This document shows positions 1 through 9,318 of a stretch of DNA of 64,000 bases, piece after piece; the stretch's first letter is position 1, and each line of letters starts with the position of its first letter. The notes beneath the pieces are model-generated. The model did no database searches. It worked only from the letters and a program-made list of their open reading frames with translations, and was not told the DNA's origin. The DNA is from Candidatus Dojkabacteria bacterium (GTDB lineage Bacteria > Patescibacteriota > Dojkabacteria > SC72): positions 53,136 to 117,135 of the forward strand of contig JBMNHB010000001.1 of assembly GCA_050950145.1 (NCBI GenBank). The letters run 5' to 3'. The position numbers and the translations under genes were made by a program.

Positions 1-1
1 A

Positions 2-2509
2 TTGGAGATGTTTAAACCATTCGTTATTCACAAGCTTCTTGACAGAGAGTTAGCTCCAAATGTGAGGGTTGCTAAAGAGATGTTAGAAGAAGAGGAAGAT
101 ATAATTTGGGACTTACTAGAGGAAATTATTAAAAACAAGCCAGTATTACTAAACAGGGCACCTACTTTACATAAGTATAGTGTACAGGCATTCTATCCGA
201 GACTTGTTGAAGGTGAGGCAATTAGAATCCACCCATTAGTATGTAAAGCATTTAATGCAGACTTTGATGGGGACCAGATGGCTGTTCATATTCTTTTGAC
301 AGATGAAGCGATTGAAGAAGCAAAGGAGGAGATGATGTCCTCTTTGAATATTGTAAATATTTCAAATGGTCAAGTATTAGCATCTCCAGCTAAGGATATG
401 TTAATTGGTTTCTACATGATGACGGATTTGGTTGAATCAAAAAACCCAAGAATATTTGCAACTCCAAACTTAGCTATTAAAGCATATGAGAGAGATGATA
501 TTAGTATTAATGAAGAAATAGTTATAGGTATTAATGGGGAAGCAGTTAGAACATCTGTTGGTAGAGTAATCTTTAACAATGTTCTTCCAAATAACTATCC
601 ATATATTAATGAAAGGATTGATAACAAGAGTGTTAAAAAGATTATAGATAAAATTAAAAATGTAGAAGACCTCTCTGTTGTGGTTGAACTTCTTGATAAT
701 ATGAAGGCTCTTGGGTTTAAATTTGCAACAGATTTAGCGTTCTCTTTCGCTATGGAGGATTGTGATGTGGATTTTGATATTAAATCAGAGATTAAGAAGA
801 TTGAAGATAAGGATGAACAGTTACAGGAAAACTATATGCAAGGCCTAATGACGAAGAGAGAGAAAGTTAATATCTCTACAAATATGTGGGATGACTTCTC
901 AGATGAAATTGCAGAGAAGGTTTGGGAAACGTTACCCGACACTAACTCAGTTCACCAAATGGTAGAATCAGGAGGTAATGGTGCTAAGATTCAAGCAAGA
1001 CAGGTTCTTACTATTAAAGGTGTTGTTAGAGACTCTAGAGGTAATCTAGTTGCTATGCCAATTAAGAGTAACTACAGAGATGGTTTAAGTGCATTTGAGT
1101 ATTTTGTAGCTGCAAATGGTGGTAGAAAAGGTATTGCAGATAGATCTCTTAAGACATCTTCTTCTGGTTATCTTACTAGAAAGCTTGTAGATGTTGCTCA
1201 TGATGTAATTATCAGACAAGATGATTGTGGTTATGAAGGGGAAGGTTTTGCAATTAGGAGAGCAGATGACAGAAGAATTGATTTTAAGGATAGAATTTTT
1301 GGAAGGGTTCTTGCACAAGATCTTAAGATTGGCAAGGAAGTAGTTGGAAAGAAAAATGAAATTATTACACAAGAGATTATAGAAAAACTTGAGGAAGCAG
1401 AGGTAGAGGAAGTATTTGTTAGAACTCCTCTGTTATGTAAATCACCTTTGGGTATCTGTAAGAAGTGTTACGGACTAAATCTTGAGAACAACAAAGAGAT
1501 AGCTATGGGAAGAGCAGTTGGTGTAATTGCAGCTCAGTGTATTGGAGAACCAGGAACACAGATGACTATGCAAACATTCCACAAAGGAGGTGTTCAAAAA
1601 GTTGACATTACCCAAGGTCTCCCTAGGATTGAAGAATTGTTTGAGGCTAGGACACCAAAAGCAGAAGCTGAGATGGCATCAATTGATGGAAAAGTACATA
1701 TTGATATTGCCGAAGATGAGTCTGCGACAATCCTAATTTCTGGTGAAAAGAGAATGGAAAGACACCATATTGTTTCAAATGCAAAGAAAGTTCTTGTTGA
1801 AGATACTCAGGAAGTAAAGATGGGACAAGTCATGTATATAGATTCTGATGGGACTGAAAAACAAGCACCGTTTGATGGTGTAGTGTCTCTTGAGGGAGGG
1901 ATTTTAACAGTTAAGGGTAAGATGAAAGCAGAAGAAACAATCTATGCTTTACCAGGAATAGAGATTCTAGTAGAAGACAACTCAACTATTAAAGCAGGAA
2001 CACAGTTAACAGAAGGATCTCTTGATCCTAAAAAATTAGCAGATGTTGCTGACATTCTAACAGCACAGAAATATATTTTAGATGGTGTTCAAGAAGTCTT
2101 TAATGCACAGGGTGTTCCAATTGATGATATTCATATTGAGATAATTTTAAGACAGATGGTAAGATTAGGTAGAGTTTTAGAAGCAGGTGATTCAGGGTAT
2201 TTAGTAGGTTCCTCAGTTAATAGATTCATGGCTACTGTAAAGAACGAGATGTTAATAAAGGATGGTAAGAATAAAGCTCTGGTGATCCCAAAGCTTTTTG
2301 GAATTAAGACATCTTCCTTAAATACTGAGAGTTTCCTCTCTGCCATCTCATTCCAAGAACAAGTAAGAGTCTTAACAAATGCCTCTATATTGGGGAAAAC
2401 AGACTACCTAAGAGGTATGAAAGAGAACGTTATTATCGGTAGAACAATCCCAGTTGGAGATGATGCTGAGATAGAAAATATATATGAGTTAGAAGAACTT
2501 CAAATTTAG
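2..2509 (+). CDS. rpoC: DNA-directed RNA polymerase subunit beta' (5' end cut by window edge)
   Basis: NADFDGDQMAVH catalytic Mg-binding motif; collinear beta' similarity through the C-terminus; followed by rpsL-rpsG. Confidence 0.95.
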   Translation: MEMFKPFVIHKLLDRELAPNVRVAKEMLEEEEDIIWDLLEEIIKNKPVLLNRAPTLHKYSVQAFYPRLVEGEAIRIHPLVCKAFNADFDGDQMAVHILLTDEAIEEAKEEMMSSLNIVNISNGQVLASPAKDMLIGFYMMTDLVESKNPRIFATPNLAIKAYERDDISINEEIVIGINGEAVRTSVGRVIFNNVLPNNYPYINERIDNKSVKKIIDKIKNVEDLSVVVELLDNMKALGFKFATDLAFSFAMEDCDVDFDIKSEIKKIEDKDEQLQENYMQGLMTKREKVNISTNMWDDFSDEIAEKVWETLPDTNSVHQMVESGGNGAKIQARQVLTIKGVVRDSRGNLVAMPIKSNYRDGLSAFEYFVAANGGRKGIADRSLKTSSSGYLTRKLVDVAHDVIIRQDDCGYEGEGFAIRRADDRRIDFKDRIFGRVLAQDLKIGKEVVGKKNEIITQEIIEKLEEAEVEEVFVRTPLLCKSPLGICKKCYGLNLENNKEIAMGRAVGVIAAQCIGEPGTQMTMQTFHKGGVQKVDITQGLPRIEELFEARTPKAEAEMASIDGKVHIDIAEDESATILISGEKRMERHHIVSNAKKVLVEDTQEVKMGQVMYIDSDGTEKQAPFDGVVSLEGGILTVKGKMKAEETIYALPGIEILVEDNSTIKAGTQLTEGSLDPKKLADVADILTAQKYILDGVQEVFNAQGVPIDDIHIEIILRQMVRLGRVLEAGDSGYLVGSSVNRFMATVKNEMLIKDGKNKALVIPKLFGIKTSSLNTESFLSAISFQEQVRVLTNASILGKTDYLRGMKENVIIGRTIPVGDDAEIENIYELEELQI

Positions 2510-2534
2510 TTGATTTTGTTATATAATACGACCT

Positions 2535-2957
2535 ATGCCAACAATTAACCAATTAGTAAGAAAACCTAGAAAATCTGCAAAGAGGAAGACCAAGCATACT
2601 CACTTAGCTAGAGACTTCAATCCTTTGAAGAACAGATACAAGAAGGCTGCAAACCCTTTTAAGAGGGGTGTATGTCTTCAGGTAAGAACAATGACACCTA
2701 AGAAACCTAACTCAGCACTTAGAAAGGTAGCAAGAGTTAGAATGTCTAATGGGGAAGAGGTAACCGCATATATTCCAGGTGAAGGACATAATTTACAGGA
2801 ACACTCAGTTGTCTTACTTAAAGCAGGTAAGAAGAGAGACTTGCCAGGTGTTAAATACATTGTTATTAGAGGGAAGTATGATGCTGCAGGAGTTAAAGGA
2901 AGAAAGAAAGCAAGATCTAAGTATGGGGTTAAGAAAGAAGAAGTAGCAGAAAAATAG
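2535..2957 (+). CDS. rpsL: 30S ribosomal protein S12
   Basis: [13 protein letters not shown]-terminus and conserved S12 core; 140 aa. Confidence 0.95.
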   Translation: MPTINQLVRKPRKSAKRKTKHTHLARDFNPLKNRYKKAANPFKRGVCLQVRTMTPKKPNSALRKVARVRMSNGEEVTAYIPGEGHNLQEHSVVLLKAGKKRDLPGVKYIVIRGKYDAAGVKGRKKARSKYGVKKEEVAEK

Positions 2958-2979
2958 TTTTTAATTAATAGATAAATAT

Positions 2980-3450
2980 ATGAGAGGTAAAAGAGCAAAA
3001 AGAAGAACAATAAAAGTTGATAGAAAGTATTCTGATCCTGTCATTGCTCGCTTTATCTGTAAAGTTATGCAGGATGGAAAGAAAGCTCTTGCAGAAGAGC
3101 TAGTATACAATGCAATAGAGAATGGTGCAGAGCTAGTTAAGGAAAAGGATGTTATAGCTTTTGTAAGTAAAGCTATTGATAATGTTAGACCAGCACTTGA
3201 GATTAAAGCAAGAAGAGTAGGTGGTGCTAACTATCAAGTTCCTATGCCAGTATCACCTAGAAGGCAAGAAACATTAGCAGTTAGATGGATTGTAGAGGCA
3301 TCTAGAAAAAAAAGTGGTAAATCATTTGATGAGATTCTTAAGGATGTGTTAGTAGATTCATACAAAGGTGAAGGAGATGCTGTAAGAAAGAAGGAAGAGG
3401 TAGAGAAAATGGCAGAAGCAAACAAAGCATTTGCACATTTTAGGTGGTAA
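2980..3450 (+). CDS. rpsG: 30S ribosomal protein S7
   Basis: S7-like sequence, 156 aa, directly downstream of rpsL. Confidence 0.93.
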   Translation: MRGKRAKRRTIKVDRKYSDPVIARFICKVMQDGKKALAEELVYNAIENGAELVKEKDVIAFVSKAIDNVRPALEIKARRVGGANYQVPMPVSPRRQETLAVRWIVEASRKKSGKSFDEILKDVLVDSYKGEGDAVRKKEEVEKMAEANKAFAHFRW

Positions 3451-3475
3451 TATTCTTACAATATTAGTATTTGAG

Positions 3476-3504
3476 AAGAGAGGTGTAATAGCCTCTCTTT
3501 TTTA
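3476..3504 (+). terminator. Rho-independent terminator after rpsG
   Basis: Stem aagagagg / cctctctt with 8-nt loop, then a T6 run. Confidence 0.6.
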
Positions 3505-3513
3505 ATAAACAAA

Positions 3514-3542
3514 TTGACAATTGACTATAATACGACTATAAT
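3514..3542 (+). promoter_or_regulatory. Consensus sigma70-type promoter (TTGACA-N17-TATAAT) directly upstream of fic
   Basis: ttgaca at 3514-3519 and tataat at 3537-3542 with 17-nt spacer; ATG at 3549, so a very short or absent leader. Confidence 0.55.
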
Positions 3543-3548
3543 ACAACT

Positions 3549-4589
3549 ATGTTTAATCCCAAATACACCCTAAGTAATTTTCTCCTAATCAATATTCGTA
3601 AGGTTGGAGAGTTAATAGGGGAACTAAATAGTAAACAATTTACTAAAACAATACTTTTTAACTTAGAGAAAAAAGCTAGAATACTCTCTTCTTTTACATC
3701 TACAAAGATAGAAGGGAATCCATTATCATTAACAGATGTAAAAACAATTCTTAAAACAGAACCTAGAAACATTAAAGATACTGAGAAAGAGATAATTAAC
3801 TATAATGATGTAGTAGTAATGTTAAATGAAGAAATTAAGAAGAATAATGATTTAATTCTTTCAGATAAACTAATATGTAAAATACAAGGTATTGTTACAA
3901 AAGGTTTACTTCCTTCTTCATATAGAGGGAAATATAGAAAAGAACCAGTATTTGTAAATAACCCATTAACAGGAGAAACGGTGTACTGGCCACCTGATGC
4001 AAAAGATGTAAATAATTTGATGAAAGAGTTGATAGATTTTGTTAATAAGTCAGAAGGAAAGATAGATCCTTTGATTCTAGCAGGTATTTTTCACAAACAA
4101 TCAGTTGTAATTCATCCATTCATGGATGGTAATGGAAGAACAACAAGATTAGTAACTAAGACATTACTTGCAAAATTAGGTATAAATACATTTCCTCTAT
4201 TTAGTTTTGAAAATTACTATAACAAAGATGTGTCTAAGTATTTTCAAAAAGTAGGAGTAATGGGAGATTACTATGATATTGCTAATGATTTAGACTTTAC
4301 AGAGTGGTTAGAATATTTTGTTGAAGGGATTTTAGATGAATTAAATAGAGTTAAAAAAGATTTACCTAGATACAAAGAGAGATTGGAACCTCACGAGAAG
4401 AAGATAGTAGAGTATCTTAAAGATAATGGTTCAATATCATCTAGTGAGTATTATGAAATTAGTAAAAGAGCTAGATCTACAAGAATTAAAGATTTTAGAA
4501 TATTAAGAGATAAGGGTGTTATCAAACCTGTTGGACAAGGAAAAGCAACATACTATATATTAGATAATGACTATTGGTTTTTAGAGTAA
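3549..4589 (+). CDS. Fic/Doc (Fido) family protein, class II, with C-terminal winged-helix domain
   Basis: Canonical HPFMDGNGRTTR active-site motif; N-terminal STKIEG matches the inhibitory (S/T)xxxE(G/N) helix; C-terminal wHTH-like segment. Confidence 0.85.
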   Translation: MFNPKYTLSNFLLINIRKVGELIGELNSKQFTKTILFNLEKKARILSSFTSTKIEGNPLSLTDVKTILKTEPRNIKDTEKEIINYNDVVVMLNEEIKKNNDLILSDKLICKIQGIVTKGLLPSSYRGKYRKEPVFVNNPLTGETVYWPPDAKDVNNLMKELIDFVNKSEGKIDPLILAGIFHKQSVVIHPFMDGNGRTTRLVTKTLLAKLGINTFPLFSFENYYNKDVSKYFQKVGVMGDYYDIANDLDFTEWLEYFVEGILDELNRVKKDLPRYKERLEPHEKKIVEYLKDNGSISSSEYYEISKRARSTRIKDFRILRDKGVIKPVGQGKATYYILDNDYWFLE

Positions 4590-4590
4590 T

Positions 4591-5529
4591 TTACTTTGTA
4601 CTCTCTATTCTCTCCCATCCACTCTTGGGCATATCTTTTCTAAGAATACTTCTTTCCCAAAATATCTTTATCCATGTAATTAATCTAGTAGGGAAGAGTA
4701 ATAATGACCATATGAACTCTTTGAAACTCTTGGCATATCTAAGCACAAATCCTGTATATTGTAACTCTATCCAAAAACTTCTAGATTGTTTATCCTTTTT
4801 AAAAATAGCCATATGCTTTAGTTGTGTAAAACCACCTAAAGATCTCACTTTTTGTTTCATATAGTCCTTAAAGTTAGTAGGATACTTAACACAGCACATA
4901 GCTTTTGGTGCATATGCTATCTCCAAATGTTTGTTTCTAATGTAATATGACATATATGCATCATCTGAAAGTACATTACTTGGAAGTTTAATATTTATAT
5001 TTCTAACAGCCATAATATATCCACTCATAGGGAAAAATGTCTTCCTACTTATGTAGTAATCCTTCCCCTTAACCTTCTCCATACTGTCTGATCTTTTATC
5101 ATGTGCAGAATCAGATAGTAGGTGTCCCCAGTATCCAAACATATTATCTCTTTTGTCTTGAGAAACAGGTCTACCACTTACTCCTCCAACTTTTTCATTC
5201 TCAAATGGTTCTAAAAGTTTCTTAACTGCATCTTTTTTGAAATATGTATCTCCATCTGTAAGTATAAATATATCTCCTTTTGCTTTTTTAAAAGCCATTC
5301 TTAGAGCATATGGCTTACCTTTCCTTGGGTCTTTTAGTTGGATATACTTCTTACCAAGTCTGTATTTTTTTGCTTCTTTTGCTCCTGCATTTAAAGTCTC
5401 TTCATCAGGAGATACTTGAATGACCTCAAAATTAGTTGGAATACCAGAATATTTTCTATTTACAATAGACGAAACACATCTACCGATGGTTTTAGGCTCT
5501 TTGAATGATGCAATTATTACACTTATCAT
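4591..5529 (-). CDS. Family 2 glycosyltransferase
   Basis: GT-A fold signatures: N-terminal IIASFKEP and DGD motif (ILTDGDTYF). Confidence 0.7.
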   Translation of the reverse strand: MISVIIASFKEPKTIGRCVSSIVNRKYSGIPTNFEVIQVSPDEETLNAGAKEAKKYRLGKKYIQLKDPRKGKPYALRMAFKKAKGDIFILTDGDTYFKKDAVKKLLEPFENEKVGGVSGRPVSQDKRDNMFGYWGHLLSDSAHDKRSDSMEKVKGKDYYISRKTFFPMSGYIMAVRNINIKLPSNVLSDDAYMSYYIRNKHLEIAYAPKAMCCVKYPTNFKDYMKQKVRSLGGFTQLKHMAIFKKDKQSRSFWIELQYTGFVLRYAKSFKEFIWSLLLFPTRLITWIKIFWERSILRKDMPKSGWERIESTK

Positions 5530-5549
5530 ATTATATATTTAATATATAA

Positions 5550-6224
5550 TTATTCAGTAACCTTTTCTTCTTCAGGGGTAGCTTCAGTTGGTGTTTCTCC
5601 TTCTTCTGGCGTTTCTCCTTCAACTTCTCCTTCCTCTCCTTCTTCTGGTTCAACAGTCTCAATAATTTCTTCTTGCATTTCTGTAATTGTGACTACAGTA
5701 GCATTTTTTAACTCATCGTTAATAAGGGAGATTGTTTCAGGAATATTTAGGTCTTTAACAGCAATAGATTGACCTGGATGCTCAAGTTTTGAAATATCAA
5801 CCTCAATGGAAGGAATAAGGTCATTGACTTTACATCTAACTTCAATAGAATCCATAACTTCAACCATAACACCAAGATTGTTCTTAACTGCAGGTGATAT
5901 GCCGACAATTTCAAATGGAATAGAGAATACCATGTCTTTACTCTCATCAATTTCAAAAAATGCAATATGTCTTAAATCTTCAGTTATTGGATTTACATCA
6001 ATCTCTTTAACAACTGCTTTAAAAGTTTTTCCTTCTAACTCTAAATCTAAGATAGTTGTTGATGTTGCTTCTCTTGCAATCTGTTTTGCAGTTGCAAGAT
6101 CTAACATGATATTTTTAGATTCTGTTTTTGCATTGTAAACAACTGCTGGGACGAATCCTTCGCTTAATAAAACTTTGTTCTTTTTCCCATTTATATCTCT
6201 TTCGAGTAATTTGATTGTTTCCAT
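5550..6224 (-). CDS. rplY: 50S ribosomal protein L25 / general stress protein Ctc, acidic C-terminal tail
   Basis: L25/Ctc-like core (GKKNKVLLSEGFVPAVVYN...). Start set at METIKLL; the longer track ORF reads into the IS inverted repeat. Confidence 0.8.
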   Translation of the reverse strand: METIKLLERDINGKKNKVLLSEGFVPAVVYNAKTESKNIMLDLATAKQIAREATSTTILDLELEGKTFKAVVKEIDVNPITEDLRHIAFFEIDESKDMVFSIPFEIVGISPAVKNNLGVMVEVMDSIEVRCKVNDLIPSIEVDISKLEHPGQSIAVKDLNIPETISLINDELKNATVVTITEMQEEIIETVEPEEGEEGEVEGETPEEGETPTEATPEEEKVTE

Positions 6225-6269
6225 AATGTGTAGGAGTATAGCAGAAAAACTAACCTCTAGCAACACCCA

Positions 6270-7253
6270 CTTAATCAGTAATGACATATTCCCCACCCTT
6301 AGTTAAACTAATGGTATAGGACAAATGAAAATAAGCACAATAAGAAAGAGGTTCTTAGAAAATAATAGGAATGTCTCTAAAACAGCAAGAGAACTAAACA
6401 TTGATAGAAAGACTGTCAGAAAGTGGATCAAAAAGAAAAGAGGATGGCATAACAAACTAGAATATGTAAACAAGAAAAGATTACCTACTACCCCAAAGAA
6501 TATTAAAAACAAAATATCTCTAGATACAAGGAGATTAATTGTACATATTAGAGAAGAATATGGATATGACCAAGATAAAATATCATTCATTCTAAAAAAT
6601 CAATACAATATACATGTGTCAGGAAAATCAATTTACAATATAATTAAGAAAAGAAAACCTTACTTAATTTCAAAAAGGAAGAAGTATGGAAGACCTCATT
6701 TCCAAGATAGTAGCCATATGAGACCTAGTAATACAAATAATGTGGGATATGTACAAATGGATGTAAAATATGTCACTCCACAGCTCTCTGGACTACCTTT
6801 TACATGCTACGAATATGGAATAATTGATATTTACTCTAGATATAAGTATGCATGGATATTACCTACATTGGATACAGAGAGTGCAATTGTAGCCCTTAGA
6901 GGAGCAAGACAATCTCTACCTTTTAAAATTAAGTTTGTACAGACAGATAATGGATGGGAGTTCTCAAAAAGGTTTAGTGAGGAATGTAAAAGATTAGGGA
7001 TTAAACATTACTACATTCACAAATCAACACCAAATGAGAATGCGGTAATTGAGAGGAGCTTTAGAACAGATCAAGAGGAGTTCTTCTTTAGATTAAAGAG
7101 TAGACCTAAAGATATTAATGAGCTAAATATCTTGTTTCAAAAGTTCCTACATGTATACAATACTTTTAGACCACATATTGGGATAGGGCTCAAAACTCCG
7201 CTACAGATGATACAATCTGAGCCGTAGGTGGGGAATATGTATTACTGATTAAG
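6270..7253 (+). mobile_element. Insertion sequence, IS481/IS3-like single-ORF DDE element with 6-bp target site duplication
   Basis: 28-bp terminal inverted repeats (cttaatcagtaat[g]acatattccccacc, 1 indel) at 6270-6298 and 7225-7253; direct repeat caccca at 6264-6269 and 7254-7259. Confidence 0.8.
6325..7227 (+). CDS. DDE transposase (rve integrase-core, IS481-like)
   Basis: N-terminal HTH; core ...QMDVKYV...FVQTDNGWEF...PNENAVIER; stop codon lies inside the right IR. Confidence 0.85.
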   Translation: MKISTIRKRFLENNRNVSKTARELNIDRKTVRKWIKKKRGWHNKLEYVNKKRLPTTPKNIKNKISLDTRRLIVHIREEYGYDQDKISFILKNQYNIHVSGKSIYNIIKKRKPYLISKRKKYGRPHFQDSSHMRPSNTNNVGYVQMDVKYVTPQLSGLPFTCYEYGIIDIYSRYKYAWILPTLDTESAIVALRGARQSLPFKIKFVQTDNGWEFSKRFSEECKRLGIKHYYIHKSTPNENAVIERSFRTDQEEFFFRLKSRPKDINELNILFQKFLHVYNTFRPHIGIGLKTPLQMIQSEP

Positions 7254-7405
7254 CACCCAGAGTTGTTTCTTTTAAGCTCTTAAGAATTTGTAAATTGTTA
7301 AGAAGATTAACCTTCTATATCTGGTCCTTTTGCTATCATTGCTGTTTGACCATTAATTTATGTAATTAATATATATTAGATGAAATCGATATGTAAGTAG
7401 ATATA

Positions 7406-7939
7406 TTAATACTTGTTTAACTCACTAGTCTTTAGGCAATTATAGTAAAAATCTTTTACACCGTATAGTAAATTTACACCGGTAATTAGTACAGATTTAA
7501 TATTCTTTTTTAATTGTAATAACCCCTTTGTCTTTCTAATTCTTGGAAATGCATGCCAGTGAGATATTATTAAGTCCTTAATTTCTTCTCCACAACTTAA
7601 CTCTATTAAATATTCAATTGCCTTTTTCGTTCTTTCCCATTCTAAGGTGAAATAGGAGCAGTTAAACATAGTTAAACCATGTCTTGAGAGTGCAATGAAC
7701 TTGTATTCTGGCAAGAGATCCTCTAATTCTTGAGGTATTCCTCCTGCACCATAATAAAGCAATGCTACATTACTTCCATCTTCTAATAAATATTCTTCAA
7801 ACATTTTTGGATATTCTTTCAAAACAGTATCTGTAATAATTTGATTCTGTTCTTTGATAAGATCTTCTGATTCTTTACCTTCTTCCATAGTAAAAAGAGG
7901 TGTCTCGTTAATTATTTCCATGAGAATAGAGTATATCAC
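7406..7939 (-). CDS. Hypothetical protein (possible Rossmann/SLOG-like GAGGIPQELE motif)
   Basis: ORF only; no confident family assignment. Confidence 0.3.
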   Translation of the reverse strand: MIYSILMEIINETPLFTMEEGKESEDLIKEQNQIITDTVLKEYPKMFEEYLLEDGSNVALLYYGAGGIPQELEDLLPEYKFIALSRHGLTMFNCSYFTLEWERTKKAIEYLIELSCGEEIKDLIISHWHAFPRIRKTKGLLQLKKNIKSVLITGVNLLYGVKDFYYNCLKTSELNKY

Positions 7940-7996
7940 ATATGAATGAAATTTATTTTAAATAGCACTTGACACTTCTGTCTGCTTACAATATAC

Positions 7997-8023
7997 TTAG
8001 CAAATAACTTAATCATCTGCTAA
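7997..8023 (+). promoter_or_regulatory. Reduced CIRCE-like HrcA operator (TTAGCA-N15-TGCTAA) abutting the hrcA start
   Basis: ttagca at 7997-8002, 15-nt spacer, tgctaa at 8018-8023; upstream TTGACA-N17-TATACT promoter-like element. Confidence 0.55.
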
Positions 8024-8024
8024 C

Positions 8025-8750
8025 ATGGATTTAACAGAGAGACAAAGAGAAATACTTACTGCAATTATAGAAGAGTTCATGCAGGAGGCAGATGAGGTAG
8101 GTTCATTATCGCTCGTTGAAAAATATGACTTAGGTGTTAGTTCTGCAACGATTAGGAATGAAATGGTTAAACTAATGGATTTGGGACTTTTGGAAAAAAG
8201 TCATATATCTTCCGGAAGATTACCAACAGATCAGGCATTAAGATTGTATGTGACAAAAATTCTTGAAAGAAGGCAGTTAAGTCCATTAGTTAGTGTTGAA
8301 ATTAGACAGGGAATATATAGAGATAGGTTTGATAAGGATGTTGTAATTAAATCAGTTTTAGAGATCTTATCCAAAGAAACAGAGAGTCTAGTTTTTTTGG
8401 TGTTAGATGATCAGATTAGATATTTTGGAATTACACAACTCTTTAAATATTCCGAATTTAAGAATGTTGAGAAGTTAAAAACAATATTTAGTATTTTAGA
8501 AGATGATATATATTTAAGGGATATGGTAAAGAAATATTCAAGTTCAGGAGTTTCATTATTAATTGGTGGAGAATCTGGGATAAAGGAGTTAACTGATTGT
8601 GCAATTGCATTTACAAAGATTCCATTTTGGGATGAAAATCAGGCATATGTCGGGATTTTAGGATCTAAGAGAATGGATTACTCTATTGTAATACCAGCAT
8701 TAAATGAAGTGAGGAATGCGTTAAGTGCTTCAATGTCAGGATGGAGATAA
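8025..8750 (+). CDS. hrcA: Heat-inducible transcription repressor HrcA (short form)
   Basis: N-terminal wHTH (LTERQREILTAIIEEF...) and HrcA-like body; precedes grpE-dnaK. Confidence 0.85.
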   Translation: MDLTERQREILTAIIEEFMQEADEVGSLSLVEKYDLGVSSATIRNEMVKLMDLGLLEKSHISSGRLPTDQALRLYVTKILERRQLSPLVSVEIRQGIYRDRFDKDVVIKSVLEILSKETESLVFLVLDDQIRYFGITQLFKYSEFKNVEKLKTIFSILEDDIYLRDMVKKYSSSGVSLLIGGESGIKELTDCAIAFTKIPFWDENQAYVGILGSKRMDYSIVIPALNEVRNALSASMSGWR

Positions 8751-8766
8751 ATTCAGATAGTTAGTT

Positions 8767-9291
8767 ATGAAAAAAGATAAAAATACAAAACAGGATACAA
8801 ATGTGCAAGATTTTCAGAAGAAGATACAGGAATTGGCACTTACGATAGATAAGGTAGAGGATGAGAAGTTGGTTGTTGAAAATCAATTAAAGAAGGCTTT
8901 AGCAGATTATCATAATTTACAGTCAAGTATGGAGAAGAGGCAGGCTCTAAGTATCTTTAATATGAAGAAAAGATTCTGTGAAGAGTTCTTACCAAGTATG
9001 GATGCCATGGTTTTAAGTATTGAGAGTGAAAAGACATTACAACTAGATGATAAAGAGAAGGCATGGTTTGAAGGTGTAGTTGCAATCTTTGAATCTATGA
9101 AGAAATCTTTAGAAGGTATAGGTTTAAAAATATATCTTCCTCAAGTGGGAGATATGTTTGATACATCTATACATGAGGCAATTGCTACATCTGAAGGTGG
9201 CAAAACAGGTGAGATTACTGCAGTAGTTCAACCTGGATACACACTAGATGATACTGTAATTCGTCCTTCCAAAGTATTGGTATCTAAATAA
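8767..9291 (+). CDS. grpE: Nucleotide exchange factor GrpE
   Basis: GrpE coiled-coil plus C-terminal beta domain; sits between hrcA and dnaK. Confidence 0.85.
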   Translation: MKKDKNTKQDTNVQDFQKKIQELALTIDKVEDEKLVVENQLKKALADYHNLQSSMEKRQALSIFNMKKRFCEEFLPSMDAMVLSIESEKTLQLDDKEKAWFEGVVAIFESMKKSLEGIGLKIYLPQVGDMFDTSIHEAIATSEGGKTGEITAVVQPGYTLDDTVIRPSKVLVSK

Positions 9292-9318
9292 TTGAATTAA
9301 ATTTTTACAATAAAATAT

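Noticed and set aside
2515-3545. taatacgac motif immediately before the rpsL and fic starts, resembling the phage T7 promoter core (taatacgactcactata)
   Set aside because: Only 9-10 nt of similarity, and the -2 to +1 GGG/ATA region is not conserved. More simply explained as -10-like TATAAT elements in an AT-rich genome.
4574-4864. 96-aa plus-strand ORF
   Set aside because: Lies antisense within the well-supported GT2 glycosyltransferase gene; no features of its own.
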